Below the pieces are notes generated by a model. That model did not search any database, was not told where the DNA came from, and saw only the letters and a program-made list of their open reading frames with translations. The translations under genes were made by a program, and so were the position numbers. From Candidatus Omnitrophota bacterium (lineage in GTDB: Bacteria; Omnitrophota; Gorgyraeia; 2-01-FULL-45-10), in assembly GCA_041663425.1 (NCBI GenBank), contig JBAYMS010000006.1, positions 1 through 56,798 of the forward strand: DNA of 56,798 nucleotides, read 5' to 3'. This document shows, piece after piece, positions 8,429 through 18,203 of this stretch. The first letter of the stretch is position 1, and each line of letters starts with the position of its first letter.

Positions 8429-8512
8429 TATACAAGATGGTGTATATATGTCATAGACAGACATGGTTTTTATAATAACTAATAACAAACACTATACCAG
8501 GAGGATGTTGTA

Positions 8513-9505
8513 ATGGATGGACGACTGACAATCACAGAAGTTGCGAAATATGTTGGCGTAACGCCGAGAACCATCATGAGGTGGGAAAAGGGCGGCAAGA
8601 TAAAGCGTTCAAGACGCGATTGGCGCGGATGGAGGTTTTATCTTAAGGAAGATGTCGAAGACATCAGGAAGTTCTACGAAAGTACATATGAATACAATGA
8701 AGGAGATAAGGTGATCATGAATATGACTAAAGAGACTCTGGTTTCAGTGATCCTGGCGGCTTTTTTGGCCTTACCTATATTATGCGGCACAAGCTATGCC
8801 CAGACACCTGCTGCCAAGGCAAAAAGCGTTAATGAGACGCAATCAACGGTGGATATCAACCTTAACACATTGCCTGCTGTAAAGGCGCCTGAGTTTACAC
8901 CTGTGGAAGCGATGAAGTATACTCTCGGGCCTGATGATGTTATTGAAGTCGAGGTGAGAAGGCATCCTGAGTTTAGCGGGCAATATCCTGTCAATTCGGA
9001 AGGTAGAATAGAATATAAGTTTATAGGGGATATGATTGTTTCCGGTCTTACCAAAGCCCAACTGCAGGAAAAATTGGTAGCGACGCTGTCTGAATATATC
9101 ATAGAGCCCGACGTTAACGTTAGAATAGTTTCGTATTTAAGTAAAGTTTTCTATGTTGTTGGGGAAGTTAATAATCCCGGCAAATTTTATATGAAAGGTA
9201 ACAGTATTACGGTGCGCGAAGCATTGGTGCAGGCCGGTCTTCCGGTAACCGGTTCGGCGGCTATGAGAAAATGCCGTCTGGTAACACCTGACGCTAAGGG
9301 CCGAAGCAACTATAAATATATAAATGCGTATGCTCTGTTGTATGGGGGCGATCTAAGGCAGAATGTAGAAATGAAACCGGGCGACGTCCTTTACGTGCCT
9401 TCTACTGTAATATCCAAGATAATTCGCGTTGTAAGTCCTGTGACTAATGCTGTAAGTTCCGCTGCCGGTTCAGCTGCCGCTGGTGCAAGCGTAGTGGCGC
9501 TGTAA
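8513..9505 (+). CDS. MerR-type HTH fused in frame to a polysaccharide export protein (Wza / Poly_export + SLBB)
   Basis: - aa 4-55 form a MerR-like HTH (LTITEVAKYVGVTPRTIMRWEKGGKI...WRGWRFYLKEDVEDIRKF).
- aa 69-97 form a signal peptide (MNMTKETLVSVILAAFLALPILCGTSYAQ).
- Poly_export/SLBB motifs follow (GPDDVIEVEV, GRIEYKFIGDMIVSGLT, VVGEVNNPG).
- Strong RBS AGGAGG before 8513. Internal GTG 8711 / ATG 8717 follow AGGAG (8701-8705). Confidence 0.8.
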   Translation: MDGRLTITEVAKYVGVTPRTIMRWEKGGKIKRSRRDWRGWRFYLKEDVEDIRKFYESTYEYNEGDKVIMNMTKETLVSVILAAFLALPILCGTSYAQTPAAKAKSVNETQSTVDINLNTLPAVKAPEFTPVEAMKYTLGPDDVIEVEVRRHPEFSGQYPVNSEGRIEYKFIGDMIVSGLTKAQLQEKLVATLSEYIIEPDVNVRIVSYLSKVFYVVGEVNNPGKFYMKGNSITVREALVQAGLPVTGSAAMRKCRLVTPDAKGRSNYKYINAYALLYGGDLRQNVEMKPGDVLYVPSTVISKIIRVVSPVTNAVSSAAGSAAAGASVVAL

Positions 9506-9531
9506 GTTCTAACTATTAAGGAGAACATTAG

Positions 9532-10851
9532 ATGGAAGAAAAATCGATGAAACAATTGAACCCGGTAGATTATCTTAAAGTTTTATTCAGGCGTAAATGG
9601 CTGATAATCATCCCGGTGTTTATAGGAATGGTCGGAGGAATAATGATGGGCAATATATTGCCCAAGATGTACAGGTCATCCACTCTGATACTTGTCGAAG
9701 AGGGCAAAGTTTTAAATCCTCTGATGCAGGGTATCGCGGTTTCGACGAGCGTGGCTCAGCGTCTAAATATGCTACGTGAGCAGATTTTGGGATGGGATAG
9801 AATGATGCAGCTGATAAAAAATCTGCAGCTGGATAAAGACATAAAGAGCCAGCCTGATTTTGAAGCCTTAGTTAAAAAACTAAGAGCTAATATAGGTGTG
9901 AGTTTGAGGCATCAGAATCTCGTTACCATATCTTATGAAGGTAAAAATCCTGCTGAAGCGCAGAAGATAGTTAAAACTATAACCGATATTTTTATTGCTG
10001 AGAACGTGAGACAGCAGAGTAAAGAGGCGGAAAGCGCTATCGATTTCATGAATGACCAGGTTGAATTATTTCAGAAGAAATTGAAGCAGGCAGAGATAGC
10101 CAGCATGAATGATCAGATTAAAAAACTCATGGTAGATTCCACTGAAAAGCATCCGATGGTTGTAGAACTTAAAAAGAAGATGGCGTCTGCGCAGAAAGAG
10201 CTTGATCAGGGTAATTATACTGTAGATGAAGCTGCGTTAGCGGATCCGGGACAGGATAGCGCTACGGTGAAGGCTCAGATAACCAAGCTTAAAGAGGAGC
10301 TTGCAAATCAGACTGTAGATTCTACAGATACTACTCCCGGGGTGAACAGGTCTAAGTTGGCAGGAGTGTCCAATGATAAGCTGTATAAGCTTCTTCTTCT
10401 GGATAAACTTGATAAGTCTGCAGCCAGGGATGAGGGTGTTACTCAGAAGATCTATAATGAGCTTTTGTCCAGGCTTGAGACGGCAAAAATAACCCAAAGG
10501 CTCGAAGCCTCGAGAGAGGGAACGCGCTACACGATACTGGATCCTGCGAGATTACCGCTGAAGCCGGCAAAGCCTAATAAAATGATGGTACTGTTAACAG
10601 GTATCTTTATTGGAGCTGTGGTGGGTGTGGGTTTTGTATTTCTTGCGGAGCTTTTTGACCACTCGTTCCTTGGCATAGACGAAGCCAAGGCGTTTTTGGA
10701 TCTTCCTGTTTTCGGTGCTGTGTCGAAGATAATTACGCTGGAAGACCTGAATATTCAGAAGATGAGAAATGCCAAATTTACGATCGTGTCGGCGGTTACC
10801 GGCGTTGTTCTTCTTGTTGTGGTGATATTTAACGTTTTCTTAGGAAATTAA
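9532..10851 (+). CDS. Polysaccharide chain-length determinant (Wzz/GumC-like, PEP-CTERM-locus type)
   Basis: 439 aa. Wzz N-terminal motif plus TM1 (YLKVLFRRKWLIIIPVFIGMVGG), long coiled-coil periplasmic region, C-terminal TM pair. Confidence 0.85.
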   Translation: MEEKSMKQLNPVDYLKVLFRRKWLIIIPVFIGMVGGIMMGNILPKMYRSSTLILVEEGKVLNPLMQGIAVSTSVAQRLNMLREQILGWDRMMQLIKNLQLDKDIKSQPDFEALVKKLRANIGVSLRHQNLVTISYEGKNPAEAQKIVKTITDIFIAENVRQQSKEAESAIDFMNDQVELFQKKLKQAEIASMNDQIKKLMVDSTEKHPMVVELKKKMASAQKELDQGNYTVDEAALADPGQDSATVKAQITKLKEELANQTVDSTDTTPGVNRSKLAGVSNDKLYKLLLLDKLDKSAARDEGVTQKIYNELLSRLETAKITQRLEASREGTRYTILDPARLPLKPAKPNKMMVLLTGIFIGAVVGVGFVFLAELFDHSFLGIDEAKAFLDLPVFGAVSKIITLEDLNIQKMRNAKFTIVSAVTGVVLLVVVIFNVFLGN

Positions 10852-10906
10852 CCCTTTGACAAACTCAGGGTTAATCCTGAGTAAAGCCGAAGGATAGAGG
10901 CGACAA

Positions 10907-11788
10907 ATGTACGAAAAATATTACGGATTTAATGATAAGCCGTTTAACCTGACGCCCGACTCCAAATTCTTTTTCGCGAGCGCTAAGCATGAGGAGGCGT
11001 TAAATTGCCTTCTGTTGGCCATAAGCGAGAGGAATGGGTTCGTTGTGATCACTGGTGAGATAGGCTCGGGAAAGACCACAGTATGCAGGACTCTGCTGAA
11101 CAAGCTTGATCCTACAACAAAAGTGGCTTTGGTCCTGAATACACACCTTGGCAAGAAAGAGCTTCTTACTACTATATTGGAAGATCTGGGTATAGAGTAT
11201 AGCTCGACGTCAAAGACGCATCTTATCTCGGCGCTTAATAAGTATCTTATTAAGCAAGCGTCGAACGACACAAACGTAGTGCTGATAATAGACGAAGCGC
11301 AGAATCTCACTCCGTCTGTAATAGAAGAAATAAGGATGCTTTCCAACCTCGAAACTGAAAGAGAGAAATTGATCCAGATAGTCCTGATGGGTCAGCCTGA
11401 GCTGAGAAAGAAACTGGCTATGCCTAAATTGGAACAATTCAGGCAAAGGGTAGTTTTTCATTATCATCTGGATCCTCTTACGCATGTTGAGACTAAGGAT
11501 TATATAAAACACCGCCTGAAAAAGGCAGGAAATGAATTTGCAAATATATTTACCGAAGATGCTATAGACGAGGTTTATGTTTATTCGAAAGGCGTGCCGC
11601 GTCTTATAAACCTCATCTGCCACAATGCGCTTATAAGCGGTCTGGTGCATGAAGCCAGGCAGATAGATGGCGCAATAGTTCTGGAAGCTATAAAAGAATC
11701 TGTTCTCGCATATACGCAAGACACAGTACATGAAGTGCATGACGAACCTAAGGGGGCCCCAATATGGGACGAATTACTGAAGCATTAA
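10907..11788 (+). CDS. ExeA-like AAA ATPase (PEP-CTERM-locus putative secretion ATPase type)
   Basis: Walker A VITGEIGSGKTT, Walker B VVLIIDEAQNL. The N-terminus YYGFNDKPFNLTPDSKFFF is typical of ExeA/GspA-like proteins. Confidence 0.8.
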   Translation: MYEKYYGFNDKPFNLTPDSKFFFASAKHEEALNCLLLAISERNGFVVITGEIGSGKTTVCRTLLNKLDPTTKVALVLNTHLGKKELLTTILEDLGIEYSSTSKTHLISALNKYLIKQASNDTNVVLIIDEAQNLTPSVIEEIRMLSNLETEREKLIQIVLMGQPELRKKLAMPKLEQFRQRVVFHYHLDPLTHVETKDYIKHRLKKAGNEFANIFTEDAIDEVYVYSKGVPRLINLICHNALISGLVHEARQIDGAIVLEAIKESVLAYTQDTVHEVHDEPKGAPIWDELLKH

Positions 11789-12603
11789 AAAAAGTAGCTG
11801 ATGAACGAGTTTCGCGAATACAGAAAAAAGCGGAAGTGCAATATGTCGTAAAGCGGGTCGAAAATACAAAGATCGAGCCGCATATCGTTGCTTTCCACGA
11901 TTCCGCATCTCCTGTCGGCGAACAATATAAAATAATACGGACAAATCTGCAATCTCTGAAGCTAAAAGGGGATTATAAGACTTTTCTTATGACGAGCTCT
12001 CTTAATGGAGAAGGCAAGACCGTAACATCTGTGAATCTTGCGCTTACTATGGCGCACGATCTTAACGGCAAGTCTATCCTTCTTATAGACGCCGATATGC
12101 GTAAAGGTAAGGTCGCTAAGTATCTGGGTCTGAACAATAAACCCGGATTGTCTGAGATATTGACCGGTGAGGTTGAAGTAGAAGCCACATTTGTCAGTCC
12201 CAACATACCGAATTTTACGGTGATACCTTCAGGCAAGGTGCCTAAAAATCCTGCTGAGCTATTAGCGTCAAAAAAAATGTCAACCTTCCTGGCGTCTGTA
12301 AAGGCGAGGTTTGATTATATATTTATCGATTCACCGCCCGTTATGCCTCTTACCGATCCATGCATACTTGGCGCAATGGCCGACGGAGTTATAATGGTCG
12401 TGCAGGCTGGCAGGACGCAGCGCGATATGGTTAGAACTGTAGAAAACCGCCTACAGCAGGCTCATGCGAAGCTGCTGGGCTTCATAATAACTAACGTCGA
12501 ATATCATTTGCCGCATTATCTTTACAGATATGTAAATGAATACGACGGTTACAAAGCGTATTATCAAACAGAGACTAAAGTCCAAGAAACAGTGGGGGTA
12601 TAG
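11764..12603 (+). CDS. BY-type protein tyrosine autokinase (CpsD/CapB/EpsG-like, cytoplasmic)
   Basis: Walker A SSLNGEGKTVTS, Walker A-prime LLIDADMRKG, Walker B FIDSPP. C-terminal Tyr cluster YHLPHYLYRYVNEYDGYKAYY. Overlaps the upstream gene by 25 nt. Confidence 0.88.
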   Translation: MGRITEALKKVADERVSRIQKKAEVQYVVKRVENTKIEPHIVAFHDSASPVGEQYKIIRTNLQSLKLKGDYKTFLMTSSLNGEGKTVTSVNLALTMAHDLNGKSILLIDADMRKGKVAKYLGLNNKPGLSEILTGEVEVEATFVSPNIPNFTVIPSGKVPKNPAELLASKKMSTFLASVKARFDYIFIDSPPVMPLTDPCILGAMADGVIMVVQAGRTQRDMVRTVENRLQQAHAKLLGFIITNVEYHLPHYLYRYVNEYDGYKAYYQTETKVQETVGV

Positions 12604-12605
12604 CA

Positions 12606-13568
12606 ATGAAATTTTTGATCACAGGCGGCGCTGGTTTTATCGGTTCACATATAACGGAGCGCTTGCTTAAAGAAGGTCATTTTGTCCGGGTGCTTGATAA
12701 CTTTTCGAGCGGTAAAGAAACGAATCTTTATTTTACCAGCACGTTAGGTCCAGACCGCTTTGAATTAATAAAAGGCGATATCTGTGATTACGACACATGT
12801 TTAAAGGCTTGCAGCGGCATGAATTATGTCCTGCATCAGGCTGCTCTTCGAAGCGTTCCAAAATCGATGAACATGCCTCATGAGTATAATGCTGTAAACA
12901 TAGACGGAACAGTGAATGTTCTACAGGCAGCGCTGAAATCCGGAATTAAAAGGGTGGTCCTTGCTTCATCCAGTTCGATCTATGGAAATGCTGTTACATT
13001 TCCGCAGGTAGAAACTGACGCATCTCTTTTAATATCGCCATACGCATTGACCAAATTGGCCGCAGAATATTACAGCAGGGTTTTCAGCGAAAATTACGGA
13101 CTGGAGACTGTGAACCTTCGTTATTTTAATGTCTTCGGACCGAGACAATCGCTCGATGATGAATATGCGGTAGTTATACCAAAATTCATAGATTGCATAT
13201 TGGATGACCGCAAACCGCCGATACATGGGACCGGTAAGCAATCCCGCGACTTCACTTACATAGATAACGTAGTCAACGCGAACATACTGTCCGCGACAAC
13301 GCCGGGCATAAAATGTGAAGTATTTAACGTGGCTTGCGGAACGGATAATTCCATACTTGAGCTGGTCGAGATACTTAACAAAATAACCGGAAAATCGATA
13401 AAGCCGGTTTTTGAACCCAGCCGTCAGGGCGATGTGCCGCGCACGCTTGCAGACATATCGAAGATAAAAGCGAAACTAGGCTACGAACCTAAAATAAATT
13501 TTGAAGAAGGCCTGCGAAAGACGGTTGACTGGTTTTCTATGAAAATGGAAGCTACGGCCCGTAGATAA
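12606..13568 (+). CDS. NAD-dependent nucleotide-sugar epimerase (WbpP/TviC-like SDR)
   Basis: GGAGFIGSH Rossmann motif, YxxxK (YALTKLAAE), LDNFSSG pattern. Confidence 0.85.
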   Translation: MKFLITGGAGFIGSHITERLLKEGHFVRVLDNFSSGKETNLYFTSTLGPDRFELIKGDICDYDTCLKACSGMNYVLHQAALRSVPKSMNMPHEYNAVNIDGTVNVLQAALKSGIKRVVLASSSSIYGNAVTFPQVETDASLLISPYALTKLAAEYYSRVFSENYGLETVNLRYFNVFGPRQSLDDEYAVVIPKFIDCILDDRKPPIHGTGKQSRDFTYIDNVVNANILSATTPGIKCEVFNVACGTDNSILELVEILNKITGKSIKPVFEPSRQGDVPRTLADISKIKAKLGYEPKINFEEGLRKTVDWFSMKMEATARR

Positions 13569-13576
13569 TATTAAAA

Positions 13577-14494
13577 ATGTTATATAAGACGAGAGAGTCC
13601 TTAAATAGGAAGTGGTTTGACTACAGCTGCAGAGGTATTTTATCGACGCCGCCGATACAAACAAAGAAATCCGGGGCAATTATCCTGAGCATGGTAGCGC
13701 ATCGGGATGTGCTGATGTATCTTATCGCTGTTAAATCTATTTATAAGTATATAAATGCGGGGGAGATAGTTGTTCTGAACGATGGAACGATTACGGATAG
13801 GGACATAGCCCTGCTGAAATATCATTTTTCTTCTTTAGTCGTTCACGATCTCGCTGATGTGAATACTGGAAGGTGTCCAAAGGGTGGAACGTGGGAGAGG
13901 CTTTTTCTTATAAGCGAGTATGCGAAGCAATATTACGTGGTGCAGATCGATTCTGACACTATTACTACTTCCGACGTGTCGGAAGTAGCTGAGTGTCTGG
14001 AAAATAACCGCAGTTTTACGCTGGGCACGGAAGTCGGACAAAGTTTTCAGCCTATACGGAAAATATCCGAAAGAATGAAGGCGGAGGACGGTTTGCATGT
14101 TCAGGTGATGTCTGAGAAGAATTTTGATAAGCTGAAGAACAATGAACGTCTTATGTATGCCCGAGGATGTTCCGGTTTTGCCGGTTTTGCTAAGGGTTCG
14201 TTCTCATGGAATGATGTTGAAAGCTTCTCGCAGCAAATGGACGATATTCTGGGCAGTAAATGGACTGAGTGGGGGAGCGAACAAGTAACGTCTAATTATA
14301 TTGTGGCGAATTCGCAGCATGCTGAAGTGCTGCCGTATTCTAAGTATGCCAGTTATTATCCTCATCTTAACGTTAATTATGACAACAGTTCATTTTTGCA
14401 TTTTATCGGCAAGAATCGATTTAAGAATAATTTATATATTAAAAAAGCACAGGTTGCTATCAAGAATAATATAGGGAGATCGAGTAATGGGTGA
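13577..14494 (+). CDS. Hypothetical protein, possible GT-A-like transferase (DSD motif)
   Basis: 305-aa ORF with a VVQIDSDT DxD-like motif. No confident family assignment. Confidence 0.4.
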   Translation: MLYKTRESLNRKWFDYSCRGILSTPPIQTKKSGAIILSMVAHRDVLMYLIAVKSIYKYINAGEIVVLNDGTITDRDIALLKYHFSSLVVHDLADVNTGRCPKGGTWERLFLISEYAKQYYVVQIDSDTITTSDVSEVAECLENNRSFTLGTEVGQSFQPIRKISERMKAEDGLHVQVMSEKNFDKLKNNERLMYARGCSGFAGFAKGSFSWNDVESFSQQMDDILGSKWTEWGSEQVTSNYIVANSQHAEVLPYSKYASYYPHLNVNYDNSSFLHFIGKNRFKNNLYIKKAQVAIKNNIGRSSNG

Positions 14495-15272
14495 AATGAT
14501 CAAAGAACTTATCCAGTATCGCGAGCTTTTGATGGCTCTGAGCTGGCGCAATATAACAATACGATATAAGCAGACTATAATGGGATTTATGTGGGCATTA
14601 TTTATGCCGGCGCTTATAGTCTTATCGGGCGTTGTGGTGCAGCAGGCTATGTCCGTAATTTCGGGTAAGCCTCTTCAGTTTACGCAGATAGCTTCCGTAG
14701 CTGTAAAGTCGCTGCCATGGGCATTCTTTGTAGGAACGCTGAAGATGGCTGTTAACAGCCTGGTCGGCAACATGAACCTGGTTACCAAGATATACTTTCC
14801 AAGGGAAATGTTTCCATTCTCGGCGGTAATTTCTCAGCTTTATGATTTTGCCATAGCTGGAATTGTGCTTGCGGTGATCCTGTTTTTTGCCGGTGTAGGC
14901 GCAAGCATCTACATTCTTTGGCTTCCTGTTTTATTATTATTTCTCGTCCTGTTTACCACAGGATTGAGTTTGGTCCTGGCGAGCAGCAACCTCTTCTTCA
15001 GGGATGTAAAATATATAGTCGATGTGATCCTGACGTTCGGAATATTTTTTACCCCGGTTTTTTACAGTGCAAGTATGTTTGGGAAATGGAAAACCCTCCT
15101 ATTATTAAATCCTATGGGAGCAATCCTGGAAGGCATAAATGATGTAGTGATTTTACATCAGGCTCCGGATCCGGCGTGGATTTTATATGCCGCCGTATGG
15201 TCTGTGGGCGGTTTTTTTCTTGCCTGGTGGATATTCCATAAGACCGAACCGGCATTCGCCGAAAACATATAA
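14487..15272 (+). CDS. wzm: ABC-2 type polysaccharide export permease (Wzm/TagG/KpsM-like)
   Basis: 261 aa, six TM helices. The N-terminus YRELLMALSWRNITIRYKQTIMGFMWA is typical of ABC-2 polysaccharide exporters. Confidence 0.85.
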   Translation: MGEMIKELIQYRELLMALSWRNITIRYKQTIMGFMWALFMPALIVLSGVVVQQAMSVISGKPLQFTQIASVAVKSLPWAFFVGTLKMAVNSLVGNMNLVTKIYFPREMFPFSAVISQLYDFAIAGIVLAVILFFAGVGASIYILWLPVLLLFLVLFTTGLSLVLASSNLFFRDVKYIVDVILTFGIFFTPVFYSASMFGKWKTLLLLNPMGAILEGINDVVILHQAPDPAWILYAAVWSVGGFFLAWWIFHKTEPAFAENI

Positions 15273-15287
15273 TCTAAAGGACATTCA

Positions 15288-16532
15288 ATGAACGCGATAG
15301 AATTTAAAAACGTTTCGAAGAAATTTAAAAAAGGTGAGCAGTTTGACTCTCTCCGTGATTTTATACCGAGCCTGATAAAAGGGATGTTCGGAAAAAAAGA
15401 CGCGGAGCTTCACGGTAAAGAGTTCTGGGCCGTGAAAGATGTAAGTTTTGAGCTGAAAAAAGGCGAAACATTAGGCATTATCGGTCCTAACGGAGCAGGA
15501 AAAAGCACCATACTGAAAATGCTGAGCAGAATATTGAAGCCTACTATGGGCGAGCTTAAAATAAATGGAAAGCTGAGCGCGCTTCTTGAAGCGGGCGCAG
15601 GGTTTCACCCTGATCTTACGGGCAGAGAAAACGTTTATCTGTCTGGTGCTATTATCGGCATGAAAAAGAAGGATATAGATAAGAAATTTGATTCAATTGT
15701 GGCCTTCTCTGAACTGGGAGATTTCATTGATACGCCAGTAAAGAGATATTCTTCGGGTATGCATGTGAGGCTTGGTTTTGCGGTAGCTGCCCATATGGAT
15801 CCGGAGATTCTGTTAATCGACGAAGTTCTTGCGGTAGGCGATATGACTTTTCAGTCTAAATGCATTGAGAAAGTTCGCAATCTTGTTGATAAAGGTGTAA
15901 CGATCATATTCATATCGCACGACCTAAGTGCAGTGTCTGGCATCTGCAAGAAAACGATTGTTTTGTGCAGCGGACAGATTCATTTTGCCGGTGATACAAA
16001 AAAAGCCATTTTTGAATACAAAGAGGCTATCAATAGTAAAAGGGGCAAGCCCAAGAGTTTTAATGATGATAACGCTATGTCTATTAACACAGATAAGCCT
16101 GTGGAAATAGAAAATGTGCTTTTTTTTGATAAATCCGGACATAGCAGGCAAGAGTTTGCAACTGGAGAAACAGTGGTAGTCAGGATGGAATTTAATGCTA
16201 AGCGAACGATAAAAAATCCTGTTTTTGGTATAGCCATAACAAGGTCGGACGGTGTGTATGTGTATGGACCAAATACACATATCGACGAATATGTAGTTGA
16301 TGAAATTTCGGGCAGAGGGATGGTTGAGCTTGAGTATAGCCCGATAAATTTATTAGCTGGAGATTATTTTGTTTCAGCCGGAATATTTACCAAGGGTGGT
16401 TTGGCAGCGTATGATTTTCATGATAAAAAGTATATTTTTTCTATAGATGGTAGCAGGGATGAACAGGGTATAATATTTTTAAAACATGAATGGAGATTGC
16501 ATGAAAAAAATGTTATACAGAATCAGCTGTAA
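15288..16532 (+). CDS. wzt: ABC polysaccharide export ATP-binding protein with C-terminal carbohydrate-binding domain (Wzt/TagH-like)
   Basis: Walker A GPNGAGKST, signature YSSGM, Walker B LLIDEVLAVGD. A roughly 150-aa beta-rich C-terminal extension looks like Wzt_C. Confidence 0.9.
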   Translation: MNAIEFKNVSKKFKKGEQFDSLRDFIPSLIKGMFGKKDAELHGKEFWAVKDVSFELKKGETLGIIGPNGAGKSTILKMLSRILKPTMGELKINGKLSALLEAGAGFHPDLTGRENVYLSGAIIGMKKKDIDKKFDSIVAFSELGDFIDTPVKRYSSGMHVRLGFAVAAHMDPEILLIDEVLAVGDMTFQSKCIEKVRNLVDKGVTIIFISHDLSAVSGICKKTIVLCSGQIHFAGDTKKAIFEYKEAINSKRGKPKSFNDDNAMSINTDKPVEIENVLFFDKSGHSRQEFATGETVVVRMEFNAKRTIKNPVFGIAITRSDGVYVYGPNTHIDEYVVDEISGRGMVELEYSPINLLAGDYFVSAGIFTKGGLAAYDFHDKKYIFSIDGSRDEQGIIFLKHEWRLHEKNVIQNQL

Positions 16533-17193
16533 AATAATCTCCGGGTGCAGGCGAGCTAACGCTTGGTTAAACAAAGGGAGCACCATTAAAAACATTAACC
16601 CCGGCGACATGGAGGCGATGCGCAGCGTTAAAGCATTGGGTGATAATGTTAAAGTAGGGCGGTGGACTTACGTTGGTGATAGATCGCGAGCCATTTTGCT
16701 TACAAGCGATAGAAGAGTGGAGATAGGAAAATTTTGCTCTATCGCTGAAGATGTACTTATTTTTGCCGGAGGAGAGCACGGGCATCGTGTTAAAGTCAGC
16801 ACTTATCCATTTAAAGCAAAGCTTATGGGCGCAAACCCGAATCCCGACGATATATCTAATGGGCCGGTTATTATTGGAAATGATGTATGGATAGGGAGTA
16901 GGGCAATAATTCTTTCCGGTGTTACCATTAGCAATGGGGCCGTGATTGGTGCGGGGGCTGTAGTAAGATGCGATGTGCCACCATATGCTATTGTGGCAGG
17001 GGTGCCAGGGAAAATAGTTGGTTATCGATTTTCCGAGGATATTATTGAGAAACTACTTGCTATTGCATGGTGGGAATGGAGCGATGATGAAATTGCAAAA
17101 AAAATAGATGTTTTTTATGGTACTGTGCAGAATTTTGTCGATAAGTATTATTTAAAAAATAACAAAGAAATTGTCAGCACCAATATACGATGA
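16501..17193 (+). CDS. Hexapeptide-repeat (LbH) acetyltransferase
   Basis: Left-handed beta-helix repeats (IGNDVWIGSRAIILSGVTISNGAVIGAGAVV). ATG 16501 follows GGAGA; the ORF track extends to 16486. Confidence 0.85.
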   Translation: MKKMLYRISCKIISGCRRANAWLNKGSTIKNINPGDMEAMRSVKALGDNVKVGRWTYVGDRSRAILLTSDRRVEIGKFCSIAEDVLIFAGGEHGHRVKVSTYPFKAKLMGANPNPDDISNGPVIIGNDVWIGSRAIILSGVTISNGAVIGAGAVVRCDVPPYAIVAGVPGKIVGYRFSEDIIEKLLAIAWWEWSDDEIAKKIDVFYGTVQNFVDKYYLKNNKEIVSTNIR

Positions 17194-18203
17194 AAAATAG
17201 CGTATTAGATATAAGTTGTAAGCAATCTTCTCCAGAACCCGCTAATCCTAAAGTTTCTATTATAATTCTTAATTGGAATGGAGCTGAAGATACTATTGAA
17301 TGTTTGAATTCGGTAGAGGGCTTAAGCTACCCGAATTACGATATTATAGTTGTCGATAATGGGTCTGTAGATGGATCGCGGGACCTTATAAAAAAAACAT
17401 GTCCACGCGTAACTGTTTTATCTTTAGGGGTTAATCTAGGTTACGCTGGTGGTAATAATGCGGGAATTAAATATGCTATGGATCATGGAGCTGACTATGT
17501 GCTCATTCTTAATAATGATACCGTCATAGATTCTTGCATAATTAATGAATTCATAAAAAGTTCTGAAAAGCATAAAACTGCCGGGATATTTGGCGCTAAA
17601 ATATACTACTATAATGATCCTGCGTGTATTTGGTTTGGCCGCGCAAAATGGAACGAAGATATATCCGATTTTAATTCTATTGATGATGGAAAAACCGATG
17701 CATGCCCTGAGGTTAACGATGTGCATGAGACAGACTATGTGTGTGGATGCGCGATGTTTATACGTGCAAGCCTTATTAAAAAGATAGGTTTGTTTGATGA
17801 GTCTTTTTTCTTATGCTGGGAAGAAACTGATTTTTGTGAGCGCGCTAAGAGAGCCGGATTGAAATGTTTATTTGTGCCAACTGCAAAAGTGTGGCATAAG
17901 ATAGCTGTTTCTTTCAAAGGCGAATCATCCCCTCAAAAAATATATTTCAATACACGAAACAAATTATTGTGGGCAAAAAGAAATTTATCGTTAAGGAAAA
18001 GATGGGCAGTATATCGTAGCGCTTTAAAAGAGCTGCTTCCGTCCTCATTCGAAAAAAATAACTTTTCATTTATTAAAAATATTTATTGGGATATATTAAG
18101 GATTAAAAAGAATCGCAACAGTCCTATTTTTAAAGCAAGGATATCGGGTATCAAAGATTTCGTATTCCGACGGTATGGCAATAAGGTGCAGGTAAAAATA
18201 TGA
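17190..18203 (+). CDS. Glycosyltransferase family 2
   Basis: VSIIILNWNG...VVDNGSVDGS...ILNNDT GT-A motifs. ATGA overlap with the upstream stop. Confidence 0.85.
   Translation: MKNSVLDISCKQSSPEPANPKVSIIILNWNGAEDTIECLNSVEGLSYPNYDIIVVDNGSVDGSRDLIKKTCPRVTVLSLGVNLGYAGGNNAGIKYAMDHGADYVLILNNDTVIDSCIINEFIKSSEKHKTAGIFGAKIYYYNDPACIWFGRAKWNEDISDFNSIDDGKTDACPEVNDVHETDYVCGCAMFIRASLIKKIGLFDESFFLCWEETDFCERAKRAGLKCLFVPTAKVWHKIAVSFKGESSPQKIYFNTRNKLLWAKRNLSLRKRWAVYRSALKELLPSSFEKNNFSFIKNIYWDILRIKKNRNSPIFKARISGIKDFVFRRYGNKVQVKI

Noticed and set aside
8437-8475. 12-codon mini-ORF (MVYICHRQTWFL) at the predicted start of the first sigma-54 transcript.
   Set aside because: It starts at or before the predicted TSS, has no RBS, and overlaps the inverted repeat. 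It is more likely non-coding leader.
10850-10881. Overlapping small hairpins (AACCCT/AGGGTT and CTCAGG/CCTGAG) after the chain-length determinant gene.
   Set aside because: The stems are short (6 bp), there is no U-run, and the gap within the operon is only 55 nt. A specific function cannot be supported.
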